A stretch of DNA of 64,000 nucleotides from Patescibacteria group bacterium. GTDB taxonomy: Bacteria; Patescibacteriota; Minisyncoccia; 2-02-FULL-40-12; GWA2-44-9. Shown piece after piece: positions 18,437 through 29,063 of this stretch (within the stretch, counting starts at the first letter, position 1; each line of letters opens with the position of its first letter). A program made the translations under genes and the position numbers. The stretch lies in assembly GCA_038061995.1 (NCBI GenBank), contig JBBTYA010000004.1, positions 15,350 to 79,349 on the forward strand. Reading direction: 5' to 3'. The notes beneath the pieces were generated by a model, which worked only from the letters and a program-made list of their open reading frames with translations, was not told where the DNA came from and ran no database searches.

Positions 18437-19798
18437 TTACCCTACCATGAGTGAGCGCTCATCGGCAATTCGTGAAAGTCGCATCTGCAGTATGATCGTC
18501 AGCACTAACGCCTGCACCACAGACCCCGCGACCGTAGCACCCGCAAGCGCCACCAGTGAAAAGGCGCCTTGTGTATACGCTCCCGCGATAATGCCACCCG
18601 TTGTTATGATTCCGCAGAGAGCAGCAACCAATGGTGTACGTGTATCCTGCAATGCATAAAACCCTCGAGCGACTACGTGAATGAGTCCTTGTGGCACAAC
18701 GCCGATCATAAACACTGAAATCGCTGTCGAAAGCAGTACGAGATCTGGTCCCGTCGCCGTGCCCGCGCCAAATGCTATGCGCGCGATAGGTTCTGCAAAA
18801 TATACTCCTGCTCCAGCGGCAAGAAGTAGTAATCCCGAAATGCGAAGCGACGCTTGCGTGATGAGCATACGAAATTCAGGCCATGCACTACGCGCAGCAG
18901 TCCGAGATAGTTGCGGAAATGCGGCCGTCGCGCCAGCAATCGCGATGAGCGATACGGGCACAAAATGTACATTTGATGCAAGCGCTAATACTGTTACTCC
19001 TCCCGCTGGAAGAAGCGATGCCGCCATCGTAGTGATTGTTGTTCCGATCTGCTGTGCTCCAAGCGCAAGCGTTCGCGGGATCATAAGGCGCACCACGGAG
19101 AGAACGCCGGTGCCACGCACTGCCCACGATGGTAACCAGCGAAATCCCGCACGTCGCGCGGCGACCCACTGCGTTAGAGCGTGAAGCGATGCGCCCAAGA
19201 GCACACCGTAGACCAATCCAAGTACGGGATCTCCTCCAGAACGCATTTCATGGGGCGCGAGATACAACGCACCAATGATAATGCCGCCGTTATATAACAC
19301 GGGAGCAACGGCATAGGCGAAGAAGCGCTCTCGCGCTTGCAACACTGCGCCCGCAATGGTGCCGATGGCAAACAGCACGGGACTCCACGCCATGAACGTA
19401 ATAGCGAGCGCCAAACGCTCCTGTCCGAAAGTATCAAAGCCTGGGCCTACAAAGCGAGCAACTGTGTCTGCTCCCAACCCCAGCGCTACGGCACCTAATA
19501 TAGTAAGCGTCACGGCCCATGTGCCGAACACTCGCGCGAGCTTCCATGCTTTTTCTTCCTGTTTTTCGAAATAAGAAACAAAGATGGGAATAAATGCCGA
19601 TGCGATTCCTCCGAGAACGATTAAATTAAAGAGAAGATCTGGAAATCGAAACGCGGCGTAGTAAATATCGAGTGTATCTCCAGCGCCAAATGAGCTCGCT
19701 AGAATACGATCTCGTAGCAAGCCTGTCGCCTTTGCAAAAAACGAAAAGAACGCCAGAAGCATTCCGGCACGCATGAATCCAAGAGAAGAAGTGCGCAT
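18437..19798 (-). CDS. murJ: Lipid II flippase MurJ/MviN
   Basis: GLLRD...FGAG...AAFRFPD, AFIP, RGFYALQDTRTP. Confidence 0.92.
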   Translation of the reverse strand: MRTSSLGFMRAGMLLAFFSFFAKATGLLRDRILASSFGAGDTLDIYYAAFRFPDLLFNLIVLGGIASAFIPIFVSYFEKQEEKAWKLARVFGTWAVTLTILGAVALGLGADTVARFVGPGFDTFGQERLALAITFMAWSPVLFAIGTIAGAVLQARERFFAYAVAPVLYNGGIIIGALYLAPHEMRSGGDPVLGLVYGVLLGASLHALTQWVAARRAGFRWLPSWAVRGTGVLSVVRLMIPRTLALGAQQIGTTITTMAASLLPAGGVTVLALASNVHFVPVSLIAIAGATAAFPQLSRTAARSAWPEFRMLITQASLRISGLLLLAAGAGVYFAEPIARIAFGAGTATGPDLVLLSTAISVFMIGVVPQGLIHVVARGFYALQDTRTPLVAALCGIITTGGIIAGAYTQGAFSLVALAGATVAGSVVQALVLTIILQMRLSRIADERSLMVG

Positions 19799-19806
19799 AT
19801 CGTATA

Positions 19807-22311
19807 CTACTGCGTTGTGAATCGAATGACGAGATCGCGCTCAAGCGCTCCGCTCCACGACCATGCGGCGGCGCCTTTTGTGAGCGAGCTCTCAGTCTGT
19901 ACCTTTGGGGCGTCAGGGAAGGAAAGCGCCATATCGAATGGTTTGAGTATCATGCCCGGCTGCTTTTGCACGGTAAGTTCATACGCTCCCGCGTTGGTGC
20001 GGGGCACGCTATACGAAAGCGTCACCGTCTTTTCAGAGCCAGGTTTAGTAATCATCCAAAAGCCAAACACCGTTCTGTCGCCTTCCGTCGTAACGCGCAC
20101 GCCGTTGGCAAGCTCTGTGCCCTCTTCTATGCCACGCAATGTGGCGTCGACCGTTGCATCGGTATACTTTGTAAGCGCAGTATATCCCGGCGCGTCATTA
20201 CCCGAGATCGCTCCTAGCTGCGCACCACGTGGCACCACAACGCGCACATATGACGGATTCTCTGTATTATAGATGGGCAGTTCATGATCACCGCCCTTAT
20301 GTGTACGCGTGAGTGAGAGCGTGTGCTCACTCGCCGCGTTATAGACCGTTGTTTTCAAAGAAGCTTTTGTGTCTGTAAGTGCGTCAGTTTTTGCTCCTTT
20401 CACATTAGAAAAGACGGTCATAAGAAAATCACCGCCGTCAGAACGAATGTGGCCGTCAAACCCCTTCTCACGCGCGAAAGCTTGCACGTCTTCGTTGCGG
20501 AAATACATAAGCATATCCTTGCGCTCCAGTGCGCCCACAAAAATACGCAGCAACGAGAGCCACTGCTCACGGCCGCCAGTGGCTATGCGATCCACCACCA
20601 ATGGCGCGGCGTCGACAATCACCTGCTTCGGCTTATTCTGCTTTCTGTTCTCACCATATTCAACCTCTCGCTGGAGTTCTTCAAGGAATGAGTCACTCTT
20701 TAACGTGATGTTATACGCGGGCACTTTTATTTCTCCCACCACATCAAGTACTTCTCCTAACACTTTCGTGTTCAGCGCAATAACGCCATCGGCATCAAGG
20801 CCCGTTTCTTTCTTAAAGAACGAGAGTGTTGTCTCTGCAGACGTAGGGCCGTCGATAAACCACCCCGCATCGCGCATCGCCCAATGAGGAGTGATGTGTT
20901 GCAGTGCTGTGGGAGGCACGATCTTTTCTTTTAATTGGCCGTCGGGATTATAAATATCATCAGCTTTAAACGAGCTCATGCGTCCGCCGGAAAATTCCAG
21001 GATGCCGTAACTTCCCGGAAAGCCGCCCATAGGACGCACTTCGCTATCATTCAAAAACAGCACGAGAAAACGACGGTCATCGCCAATCCCGATCATATAC
21101 TGAAGGAGATCAATATACTTCACCCCATCACGTACTACCGTATGCAGTGCGGGTAGCTGTTCAGAAAACGCCGCGAGTGCAGCGCGCTTGTCTTCGGGGA
21201 GTACATTGGGATCAATATCAGCAACAAGCTCGGCTGCACGCTCCATGTTTGCATCCGCAAGTGCCAGTGCCGCAGCGAGTGGACGAATCTTTTCAGTAAC
21301 CAGCGTGCGTGTATTCGCATCTTGCTGTAGCACCGCTCCCGTGCTCGAGAGTTTATCAACTGCATCAGTGAGCGCGTGGCCCGCATCCGCAATGAGCGTT
21401 CCTGCGCGCACAAGATTGCGCCCCGTGCGATATGCGTCAGTGCCCGGAAGCTTTGCAATCAACGCGCCAAGACCATCACCAAACACGTCAACATCTTTCT
21501 GTAGTTTTGAAAATTGTTCGAACGCAGAGAGAAAGTTTGCTGACGCGTCATGGAAACGAAGTTCTGCAATGTGCTCTTTTGCTTGTGAGAGATTATCAAT
21601 CGCAATAGTTGAATCGCGCATCACGCGTGATTTTAATTCAGAGCCGTAGCGAGAGAGCCCTACCATGCCGGCAGTCACGAGCCCCGCAACAAGTACAAAT
21701 CCGAAAAGCGCACCCCAGCGAATACTCCTTCGCGGAGCTTCAGCGCGAATGGGTGGCATGTGAATCACACGCGTTGGATCAGCGGGAAGTGGCGTAGATG
21801 CGCCGCTCCACCACTCACCCACTTCTTCAGAGCGCATCGCGGAAGCAAAACGCACCGAGGACTCTTCGGGGTTGAGATTCGCCATCGCTCCATATTCAGA
21901 CACGGGGCGCGACCGGCGCAGTTCGGTCGCAATATCTTGATGCCATCGCTCCTCTATCGCTGGAGAGGGCTTTTGTAGTGAGCCGCGCGCACGTGCGGGT
22001 TTTGGAGTTGCTATAGGTTCGCTACTGGCAAGCGTTGGAGAAAATGCGACTTCTTTTGCGACTGATTCTTCAAGCATGCGCGAGAGCTCTGCGCGGGCTT
22101 CCGCATCAGATACAAGTCGCGAAGTCGCGCGGATCACTGGTTCGCTTTCTAAAGCCGCCGTAGTAGCAACCGCAACGCGGGTTTCGCGAGGCTGTGTGCG
22201 AAGGTTTACTTCCACAGGAAGAGGTGCCTGTGCGCGCGAGAAACCACCCGTGCCTGGTGCGGGTTTTACATCGAAAAGGGCCCCTGTAACGTGTTGGGAT
22301 TTCTGGGGCAT
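19807..22311 (-). CDS. DUF4012 domain membrane-anchored protein
   Basis: LFLNDSEVRPMGGFPGSYG, NVKGAKTD, QKQPG; long disordered N-terminus followed by TM. Confidence 0.88.
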   Translation of the reverse strand: MPQKSQHVTGALFDVKPAPGTGGFSRAQAPLPVEVNLRTQPRETRVAVATTAALESEPVIRATSRLVSDAEARAELSRMLEESVAKEVAFSPTLASSEPIATPKPARARGSLQKPSPAIEERWHQDIATELRRSRPVSEYGAMANLNPEESSVRFASAMRSEEVGEWWSGASTPLPADPTRVIHMPPIRAEAPRRSIRWGALFGFVLVAGLVTAGMVGLSRYGSELKSRVMRDSTIAIDNLSQAKEHIAELRFHDASANFLSAFEQFSKLQKDVDVFGDGLGALIAKLPGTDAYRTGRNLVRAGTLIADAGHALTDAVDKLSSTGAVLQQDANTRTLVTEKIRPLAAALALADANMERAAELVADIDPNVLPEDKRAALAAFSEQLPALHTVVRDGVKYIDLLQYMIGIGDDRRFLVLFLNDSEVRPMGGFPGSYGILEFSGGRMSSFKADDIYNPDGQLKEKIVPPTALQHITPHWAMRDAGWFIDGPTSAETTLSFFKKETGLDADGVIALNTKVLGEVLDVVGEIKVPAYNITLKSDSFLEELQREVEYGENRKQNKPKQVIVDAAPLVVDRIATGGREQWLSLLRIFVGALERKDMLMYFRNEDVQAFAREKGFDGHIRSDGGDFLMTVFSNVKGAKTDALTDTKASLKTTVYNAASEHTLSLTRTHKGGDHELPIYNTENPSYVRVVVPRGAQLGAISGNDAPGYTALTKYTDATVDATLRGIEEGTELANGVRVTTEGDRTVFGFWMITKPGSEKTVTLSYSVPRTNAGAYELTVQKQPGMILKPFDMALSFPDAPKVQTESSLTKGAAAWSWSGALERDLVIRFTTQ

Positions 22312-22368
22312 GCGTACCTCTCCAGTATAGCTGTTTTTATCCTCTCCGTGAGCCAACAATGTGGAGAA

Positions 22369-23463
22369 TCACCCGCGCAAAAGAGCGAGCGTCTCGCGCG
22401 CCGATCGCTCCCACGAAAAATGCGTAGCGCGAGCCTTCGCGCGCATTGCCGTAAGGCCATGAAGAGCATCATCGGTCGCCAGCGCGTGCATCGCGCTCGC
22501 GAGCTCGCTCGTGTCATAGGGAGAAACAAGAAGCGCGGCATCATGAAGCACTTCCGGAAGAGCGCCAACATCAGAAGCAACCACCGGAACGCCCAGCGCA
22601 CACGCTGCAAGCGGTGGGAAGCCAAACCCTTCAAGGAAAGAGGGGTACACCAGCGCGCGAGCACCAGCGAGCAATGTATCACGCTCTGCATCAGAAGCGT
22701 TTAAGTGCACATCAATGCGATCACGAAACGGGTGGTGCGCTATAGCACGCACAATCTTCCCCTCCCCTGAACCTGAATATCCCACAAGGCATAGCCGCAC
22801 ACGAGGAACGCGTGAAGCACACTGGGCAAATGCATCCAACACGCCAGCACTATTTTTTCGGGGTTCAAATGTTCCCAGCGCAATGAAATAGGGATCGCTC
22901 GCTGGTAAAGCATTCGCTGGCGTAACAATGTGCGGTACCCCTGAATGAACGACGTGTACGCGTTCATCTGGGATACCGTATTCACGTACCACATCTAATT
23001 TTGTAGCACGCGATACTGCAATCACTGCATAAGATGCCCGCACGAAACGTCGCGGCCGCATGACGAGGTGCCACGCTTTTTGTTTCAATGAAAAAAAATG
23101 AGGCGCAACAACAAACGAAAGATCGTGTACCGTTGTTACTCGCCGACACTTCTGCGAAAGAGCACCAGCAAGAATGTGGGGAAAGAAAAAGACATCAGCA
23201 CCCCCCACGAGCTCATCAAGGGGCAATGCGCCTAGTAGCGCCGCTCCAAAGAGCACGCGATTTGATATGTGACGATGGATCACCTGCGCGTTTGGAGCGT
23301 GCGGCAATGCATCTAACGGCGCCGGCTTTCTGCCGGTCCATAATAATTTAAAAGTGACATCGGGAGCTGCGGCAACAAGCTGCGGCAACAACGAAAGGAT
23401 ATACTCCTCAACGCCACTGCGCCTCCCCGACCCAAGCGCACGAATATCAACGCCGATAACCAT
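22369..23463 (-). CDS. Glycosyltransferase family 4
   Basis: TVHDL, LGTFEPRKN, YPSFLEGFGFP. Confidence 0.93.
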   Translation of the reverse strand: MVIGVDIRALGSGRRSGVEEYILSLLPQLVAAAPDVTFKLLWTGRKPAPLDALPHAPNAQVIHRHISNRVLFGAALLGALPLDELVGGADVFFFPHILAGALSQKCRRVTTVHDLSFVVAPHFFSLKQKAWHLVMRPRRFVRASYAVIAVSRATKLDVVREYGIPDERVHVVHSGVPHIVTPANALPASDPYFIALGTFEPRKNSAGVLDAFAQCASRVPRVRLCLVGYSGSGEGKIVRAIAHHPFRDRIDVHLNASDAERDTLLAGARALVYPSFLEGFGFPPLAACALGVPVVASDVGALPEVLHDAALLVSPYDTSELASAMHALATDDALHGLTAMRAKARATHFSWERSARETLALLRG

Positions 23464-23489
23464 AGCACCAGCATAGAGAAAGATCCGTA

Positions 23490-23538
23490 TAAAAACAAAG
23501 GCCTGTGCCGGGAGCGTGGAAGCTCTACCGACACAGGC
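23490..23538 (-). terminator. Intrinsic terminator
   Basis: gcctgtgtcgg...ccggcacaggc hairpin followed by tttgttttt on - strand. Confidence 0.7.
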
Positions 23539-23556
23539 TTGAGAACTGGGGGCGGC

Positions 23557-23904
23557 CTACCGGCGCGTGGCGATGAGTTGCATCGCCACCGCCCGCTCCT
23601 GCTCCGCTGGGGGCAACTTGTAGATGTGCCGCTGAACGGCCGCGTGGAACTCCGAGAAGCTCTTGAAGCCCAAGCTCTCGAATCCGGTACCTCGATAGAA
23701 CGGCCCGTCGACGATCCTGAGTGACTGGTAGACCAGCTCGGGGATGCTCACGGGTACCTTCCCCGTACCAGGAGCGCCACACTCCCTTGGTCGCATCTCG
23801 CGATCGGAGTGCAACACGGCGCCAGTGAATTCGAGATACGTCTGCAGAACTTCTGCCGCTCGAAGCTTGACCTCATACGGCGTAGCGATACGAATCACCT
23901 TCAT
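23557..23904 (-). CDS. Hypothetical protein inserted in the glycosyltransferase cluster
   Basis: ATGA overlap with upstream GT4 stop; cassette-type codon usage; followed by terminator. Confidence 0.6.
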   Translation of the reverse strand: MKVIRIATPYEVKLRAAEVLQTYLEFTGAVLHSDREMRPRECGAPGTGKVPVSIPELVYQSLRIVDGPFYRGTGFESLGFKSFSEFHAAVQRHIYKLPPAEQERAVAMQLIATRR

Positions 23905-24980
23905 CCACGGAAAAGCGCCTGTATTCGGCTTAAAAACACGCCCGTTGAGAATTGTTCCGCACGCTTTCTACAGGCTTCTTGCGTGTATGTTTCTCCACGG
24001 AATGTGTGCATCGCGCTCGCAAATGCTTCTACGCTCTGTTCGTGCACTAGAGTGCCCGTGACGCCATCAAGTATTGTTTCTGTCGCTCCCCCGCGAGCGT
24101 GGGCAATCACTGGTGTGCCGCAGGCCATCGCCTCAACAGGCACGATGCCGAAATCTTCTTCTTGCGGGAAAATAAGGGCTTGAGCATTCGCGTAGAGATC
24201 ACGTAGCTCCGCATCCGAAACGCGCCCCACAAATGTTATAGCTCCCCTCGCCAGTCGCTCGAGGCGCGAGCGCTCGGGCCCATCACCAGCGACAATAAGC
24301 TTAGCGCCCGCGGCTTGCGCTGCCTCCACAACAACATCAAACCGTTTGTATGAAACAAGGCGACCCACCGCAAGGAAATAATCCCGGCGCGGCTGCGGCA
24401 CAGGAGTAAATATGTCCGTCCGCACGGGAGGATAGATCACCGGTGCCACACGTCCCCAATATGCGCGTACGCGTTCGGCAACTGCACGCGAGATAGCAAC
24501 CATATCCGTGGCGCGCTGCGCCGCATGCGCATCCCAGAGCCGTACATACGCTTGCACGGGCGCCACAAGCGCGCGCACGATGCGCGGATATCCTAAGTGA
24601 CGCCAAAACGCGTGACTCCCCTCCCAAAGGAACCGTGGTGGCGTGAGACAGTAGGCAACGTGGCGTGTGTGGGGCAGTGCCACCACACCTTTTGCGAACG
24701 GCCCCGCAACACTGATCACTACATCAAACGCGGAGAAATCCCAGCTCTCAACAGCGAGCGGCAGTAATGGTGTGTATGCATGCGGATAGCGCGTCGCGAA
24801 CGGGAGCGATTGTATAAACGAGGTACGAATGGTGCGCCCCGCAAACACGCCGCCAGTACCCCGTTCGTCGTACACGGTTGTGTAGATGGGCGCGTCAGGC
24901 CAGAGAGAAGCAAGTGCCTGCAGTACACGCTCGGCGCCGCCGAACTGCGTGAGGTGATCATAGACAAGCGCTATCTTCAT
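23901..24980 (-). CDS. Glycosyltransferase family 4
   Basis: GGAERVL, GRLVSYKR, EDFGIVPVEAMACG. Confidence 0.95.
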   Translation of the reverse strand: MKIALVYDHLTQFGGAERVLQALASLWPDAPIYTTVYDERGTGGVFAGRTIRTSFIQSLPFATRYPHAYTPLLPLAVESWDFSAFDVVISVAGPFAKGVVALPHTRHVAYCLTPPRFLWEGSHAFWRHLGYPRIVRALVAPVQAYVRLWDAHAAQRATDMVAISRAVAERVRAYWGRVAPVIYPPVRTDIFTPVPQPRRDYFLAVGRLVSYKRFDVVVEAAQAAGAKLIVAGDGPERSRLERLARGAITFVGRVSDAELRDLYANAQALIFPQEEDFGIVPVEAMACGTPVIAHARGGATETILDGVTGTLVHEQSVEAFASAMHTFRGETYTQEACRKRAEQFSTGVFLSRIQALFRG

Positions 24981-26359
24981 ACCGCCGTGCGATCACTGAC
25001 CAGCCGCATGAGCGTGCGCATAATAATGCGTATGTCCATCCAGAATGACCAGTTCTCAATATAAAACGTGTCCAAGCGCACCTCTTCTTCAAATGAAAGC
25101 GCTGAACCTCCGGAGATCTGAGCCAGTCCCGTTACCCCTGCCTTAATGCCAAGCACACGCTTATGGTGTCGCTGATAGCGCGCCACTTCATCGGGTTGAT
25201 GCGGGCGTGGACCCACAAGGCTCATATCTCCCCGGACCACATTCCACAGCTGAGGAAGTTCATCAAGACGCAAGCGGCGCAGCCATCGTCCTACACGAGT
25301 AACGCGAGGATCGCACGTCATTTTAAATAGCGGTCCGTCATTGCGCTCGTTATAGGGTATGAGCAGCGGCTTAAGCTCTTCTGCATTTTCAATCATGCTC
25401 CGAAACTTCAGGAGTGAGAAATGGCGACTGCGGCTCACGCGACGCAATCGTACAAATATGGGACCGCGCGTCTCCCACGTGATCAGAAGTGCGATACAGA
25501 AAAAGAGCGGGAGAAGAAGAATGAGGCCTATCATCGTTGCGCTGACATCAAACACACGCTTGAACACTCTCCCCCAGCCATCAAGTGAGGTGCGCTTAAG
25601 CTCAATGACAGGAATGTCGCCAATAGCATCAACGCTGTAGTGCGTCGTGAGCGTTTCGTGCATGTTTGGCACGAACGTAAAAGGAATGTGGTACTCGTGA
25701 CAGTATTCGACAAGCTCCACAATGGTAGCCGCATCAAACGTGGGTTGCGCCAAGAGTACGCCATCGATGGCGCCTGCATGCCAGAGCTCTCCGATAGCCT
25801 GAACGTCTGGAGCGTGTATGTGGGTTGCTACAACATATCCCAAATCATCGTTCGCCCGGATCGTTGCCACCAGGCGCTCGGTCACTGCATCGCTCCCCAC
25901 AACCAACAACCGGTGCGCTCCATACCCGCGTCGCATGAGACGTGTATGCACCGCGCGAATAAGGAGTCTCCCCGTACACACCGACACGATCGCCAGCAGC
26001 CACGCACCAAGCACCAAAAAGCGAGAGTCAAAGAGCTCACGACTCACGAAGATAAATGCGATGACACCCAAGATACCCGCCGACGAGGCGAGAGCCACCT
26101 TGGCGCACTCCTCTGCGCGCGACATGCGTACGCCCATCGTATACAGCCCAGCTACGGCATAGCACGCAATAAAGAAAAGAGACGTTGGGATCACCAGCGC
26201 AACGTACTTATCAAGCGGAAGACGGAACTCAAACAGCACTGGCCGAAAGGCATCCAAGATGTTCGTGCGCAGAAGGTACGTGAGCACGCCAGCAAGAAAA
26301 AGCATACCCAGATCAACGGGCACACGCACCACATTTAAGATGAAATCTGACCGCTTCAT
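24977..26359 (-). CDS. Polyprenyl glycosylphosphotransferase (WcaJ/WbaP-like)
   Basis: KRVFD, KFRSM, DPRVTRVG, LDELPQLWNV..GDMSLVGPRP. Confidence 0.95.
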   Translation of the reverse strand: MKRSDFILNVVRVPVDLGMLFLAGVLTYLLRTNILDAFRPVLFEFRLPLDKYVALVIPTSLFFIACYAVAGLYTMGVRMSRAEECAKVALASSAGILGVIAFIFVSRELFDSRFLVLGAWLLAIVSVCTGRLLIRAVHTRLMRRGYGAHRLLVVGSDAVTERLVATIRANDDLGYVVATHIHAPDVQAIGELWHAGAIDGVLLAQPTFDAATIVELVEYCHEYHIPFTFVPNMHETLTTHYSVDAIGDIPVIELKRTSLDGWGRVFKRVFDVSATMIGLILLLPLFFCIALLITWETRGPIFVRLRRVSRSRHFSLLKFRSMIENAEELKPLLIPYNERNDGPLFKMTCDPRVTRVGRWLRRLRLDELPQLWNVVRGDMSLVGPRPHQPDEVARYQRHHKRVLGIKAGVTGLAQISGGSALSFEEEVRLDTFYIENWSFWMDIRIIMRTLMRLVSDRTAV

Positions 26360-26418
26360 GCGGCGGGAATGTAGCATGTACAGGCCCTAAACGCAAAACG
26401 CCCCGAAGGGCGTTTTGG

Positions 26419-26793
26419 GAGGTATACCGATAAGCCGGGTTCTGTCTGGCCTTGCGGTGAGACTGTCATGTATCTAGGCGCGTCGTTGCCGCCGCGCTCG
26501 AGCGATCGAACTTTTCGAACTCTCCCGAAAGAGAAAACGCTGATCTTGCACCCGGGTAAGGATTTAGCCGTTTCACCCCAAGCCTTTAATCCCATCAGCT
26601 TGGACTTGGCTGCGATATGACGAATCACATCACATGGGTTTGCCACCGATGCCCTTTCGAGCATCGAACGTCTCTGCTCGCACCTCTCACATTACTGTGT
26701 ACGGGGATTACCCGCTACCCTGCTCCTCTGCATACGCAAAGGGAGTGCCCGGACTTTCCTCTCCTGTGAAGGAGCGACAGTCCAGTATACCTC
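26419..26793 (-). ncRNA. rnpB: RNase P RNA
   Basis: GAGGAAAGTCCGGGC near the 5' end, ACAGAACCCGGCTTA near the 3' end, complementary P1 ends; terminator at ~26394-26418. Confidence 0.95.
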
Positions 26794-26801
26794 AAGGCCT
26801 A

Positions 26802-27245
26802 TTATACCAGATTTCTCTGCCGCTGGCTAGCAACTCGTGCGTCGAGCGCTTCGTTGACGAATGCATCAGCTTTACCGTTTTCTTCACGAGGAATATGGAT
26901 AAAATCGACTGATTTAAAATCACCACGCGCATTCCATAATTCTAAAAAGAGTTGCTTGAGACCGGGCTCTTTCACTTTATATTCTCCAAGCGCTTGGCGC
27001 ACCACAAGCTGGCTATCAGCGCGCACAACGACTGAAGCATCGCGTGCGGCATCGGTGCCAATGCGTGCCTTTAATCTATGCAATGCAGAAATAACTGCCC
27101 GATACTCTGCAACATTATTCGTAGTGTCACCGATATATTCGCCAAAACCATCTTCAAAATCAGGGCCGCGAATAACAACCCCGACTGCAGCAGGGCCTGG
27201 ATTTCCGCGAGAACCACCGTCCGTCCAAATATTATACGTGTTCAT
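26802..27245 (-). CDS. rnhA: Ribonuclease HI
   Basis: TDGGSRGNPGPA, TNNVAEY, DSQLV, HIPREEN..AD; start moved to ATG 27245. Confidence 0.93.
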   Translation of the reverse strand: MNTYNIWTDGGSRGNPGPAAVGVVIRGPDFEDGFGEYIGDTTNNVAEYRAVISALHRLKARIGTDAARDASVVVRADSQLVVRQALGEYKVKEPGLKQLFLELWNARGDFKSVDFIHIPREENGKADAFVNEALDARVASQRQRNLV

Positions 27246-28317
27246 AGTAACCAAGCGCCTCAAGCCCTGGTAGTTTTTGACCGGCAAGAAACGCGAGCAT
27301 TGCTCCGCCACCCGTAGACACAAAGGAAAAACGGTCACGAATACCGAGACGATCAATCGCCGCCACCGTATCGCCACCGCCGATAAGAGTACGAGCAGAT
27401 GCGTCGGCAACTGCACGCGCGATCGCGAATGTCCCCTCTGCGTAACGTTCATCTTCAAAGAGTCCGAGTGGGCCGTTCCATACGATCATACGCGCTCGCG
27501 CAATGTGTTCACGGAAAAGAGCAATCGACTGCGGGCCGATATCAAGCGCACGTCCATCAGTAATAATAAAATCAGGCGAGAGAATAATGCGCGGATCATT
27601 CACATCGAGCCCTGCGAGTAATTCGGAAATATTCTCATCCATAAGCGAAGTCCCCATATCAATGCCCCGCGCCTTTGCTAAATCATTCGCCACCACCCCG
27701 CCAACAAGCACCGCCTCAGCGCGAGAGAGAACATGCGTAATAACAGGAACCTTTGTACTTGCCTTAGCGCCTCCAATAATAACCACTTTCCCTTCCGCTG
27801 GTGCATCAAGCGCTTCAGTCAGGGCATTCGTCTCCGCGACAACCAGTGGCCCCGCATAGGACGGCAAGAGCTTAGCAACTGCATCAACAGAAGCATGCGC
27901 GCGGTGACACACCGCAAATGCATTCTGCACATACATATCCATGCCGCGTGCCAGCGCTTCTGAGACATCAAAGCTATTCTCTGTCTCCCCACGCCACGTA
28001 CGAATGTTTTCAAGCAGTCCAACGCCCTGCCCGCTTTTTTGAAACTCATCTCTATCCGCAAGTGTTGGTAATAAAGTAAGAGTGTGCCCGAGTGTTTCTT
28101 CAAGTTCAACAAGAATGGGTCGGAAAGAATCTACTGCAGAAATATGCGCAACGAGCACCACGCGCGCTCCAGCAGACACCAACATGTCGAGTACTTCCTT
28201 CTGACGAGTAATACGGTGGTGCGCCTGAATGCGCCCTTCTACCACGGGAACATCGAGGTCGGTCCGCACAAGCACCCACTTGCCACGCACGTCAGTTGTC
28301 GGAGTGAGAATGTTCAT
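27232..28317 (-). CDS. pgk: Phosphoglycerate kinase
   Basis: LLENIR, HRAHAS, GGAK, DIGP, WNGPLGLFE, GGGDT, STGGGA. Confidence 0.95.
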   Translation of the reverse strand: MNILTPTTDVRGKWVLVRTDLDVPVVEGRIQAHHRITRQKEVLDMLVSAGARVVLVAHISAVDSFRPILVELEETLGHTLTLLPTLADRDEFQKSGQGVGLLENIRTWRGETENSFDVSEALARGMDMYVQNAFAVCHRAHASVDAVAKLLPSYAGPLVVAETNALTEALDAPAEGKVVIIGGAKASTKVPVITHVLSRAEAVLVGGVVANDLAKARGIDMGTSLMDENISELLAGLDVNDPRIILSPDFIITDGRALDIGPQSIALFREHIARARMIVWNGPLGLFEDERYAEGTFAIARAVADASARTLIGGGDTVAAIDRLGIRDRFSFVSTGGGAMLAFLAGQKLPGLEALGYYEHV

Positions 28318-29063
28318 GAAAAAAATGGCGTAAGCGCCTCAAGGAGTTCTGTAAGTGAATCTGGGGATGCGCTCGCCCGCCCCACAAGCACTCCGTCCAC
28401 AGCACCACTACTCAGCACATTACTCACGCTTGCTCCTGTAACGGACCCTCCGTAGAGAATCGCCTTTGGCGTAGCGCCGCGCAGCTCCTCTCGAATAACC
28501 TGAATAGCGCGAACAATATCGGCGGACTCTTCTACGCGTGCGCCCGGCGTTGTGCTTATCGCCCACACCGGCTCATACGCAATCACGCATTGCGCCACAT
28601 CTGTTGCCGAAGCGCCCTCAAAGGCTCCCAGCACCTGCTCACGAAGACCAGCGAATGACCCGTCTGGCGCTGGTTGGCCAACGCATACAATAGGAAGAAT
28701 GTCGTGTGCAATTGCCTGTTGCCACGCAGATCGCACGTCTGCATTTGTTTCTCCTGCTTGTGCGCGGCGGTCCGAGTGGCCAATAATCGCGGCCGACACA
28801 TTCGCCGCACGCAACATCGCCGGCGTTAATCCTCCAGTCTTTGCATCCGCATCAAGATACTGCGCTCCAATGAGAACAGATGCGAGGCGTTCATCTGCGG
28901 CCACGCATTTCTGCGTGTCATCAATAAGCGTTGCGGGCGGGCACATAACAACGGTGCCGCTTGTGACGCGGGCGCGCCAATCAGCAAGCGCGGCGCACAG
29001 CGGAAGAATGTCTTCTTGAGAAGCAGGATAACTCTTCCAGTTGAGAATAAAAAATGGGTTCAT
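28314..29063 (-). CDS. tpiA: Triosephosphate isomerase
   Basis: NWK, IIGHSDRR, AYEPVWAI, LYGGSV, DGVLVG. Confidence 0.93.
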   Translation of the reverse strand: MNPFFILNWKSYPASQEDILPLCAALADWRARVTSGTVVMCPPATLIDDTQKCVAADERLASVLIGAQYLDADAKTGGLTPAMLRAANVSAAIIGHSDRRAQAGETNADVRSAWQQAIAHDILPIVCVGQPAPDGSFAGLREQVLGAFEGASATDVAQCVIAYEPVWAISTTPGARVEESADIVRAIQVIREELRGATPKAILYGGSVTGASVSNVLSSGAVDGVLVGRASASPDSLTELLEALTPFFS

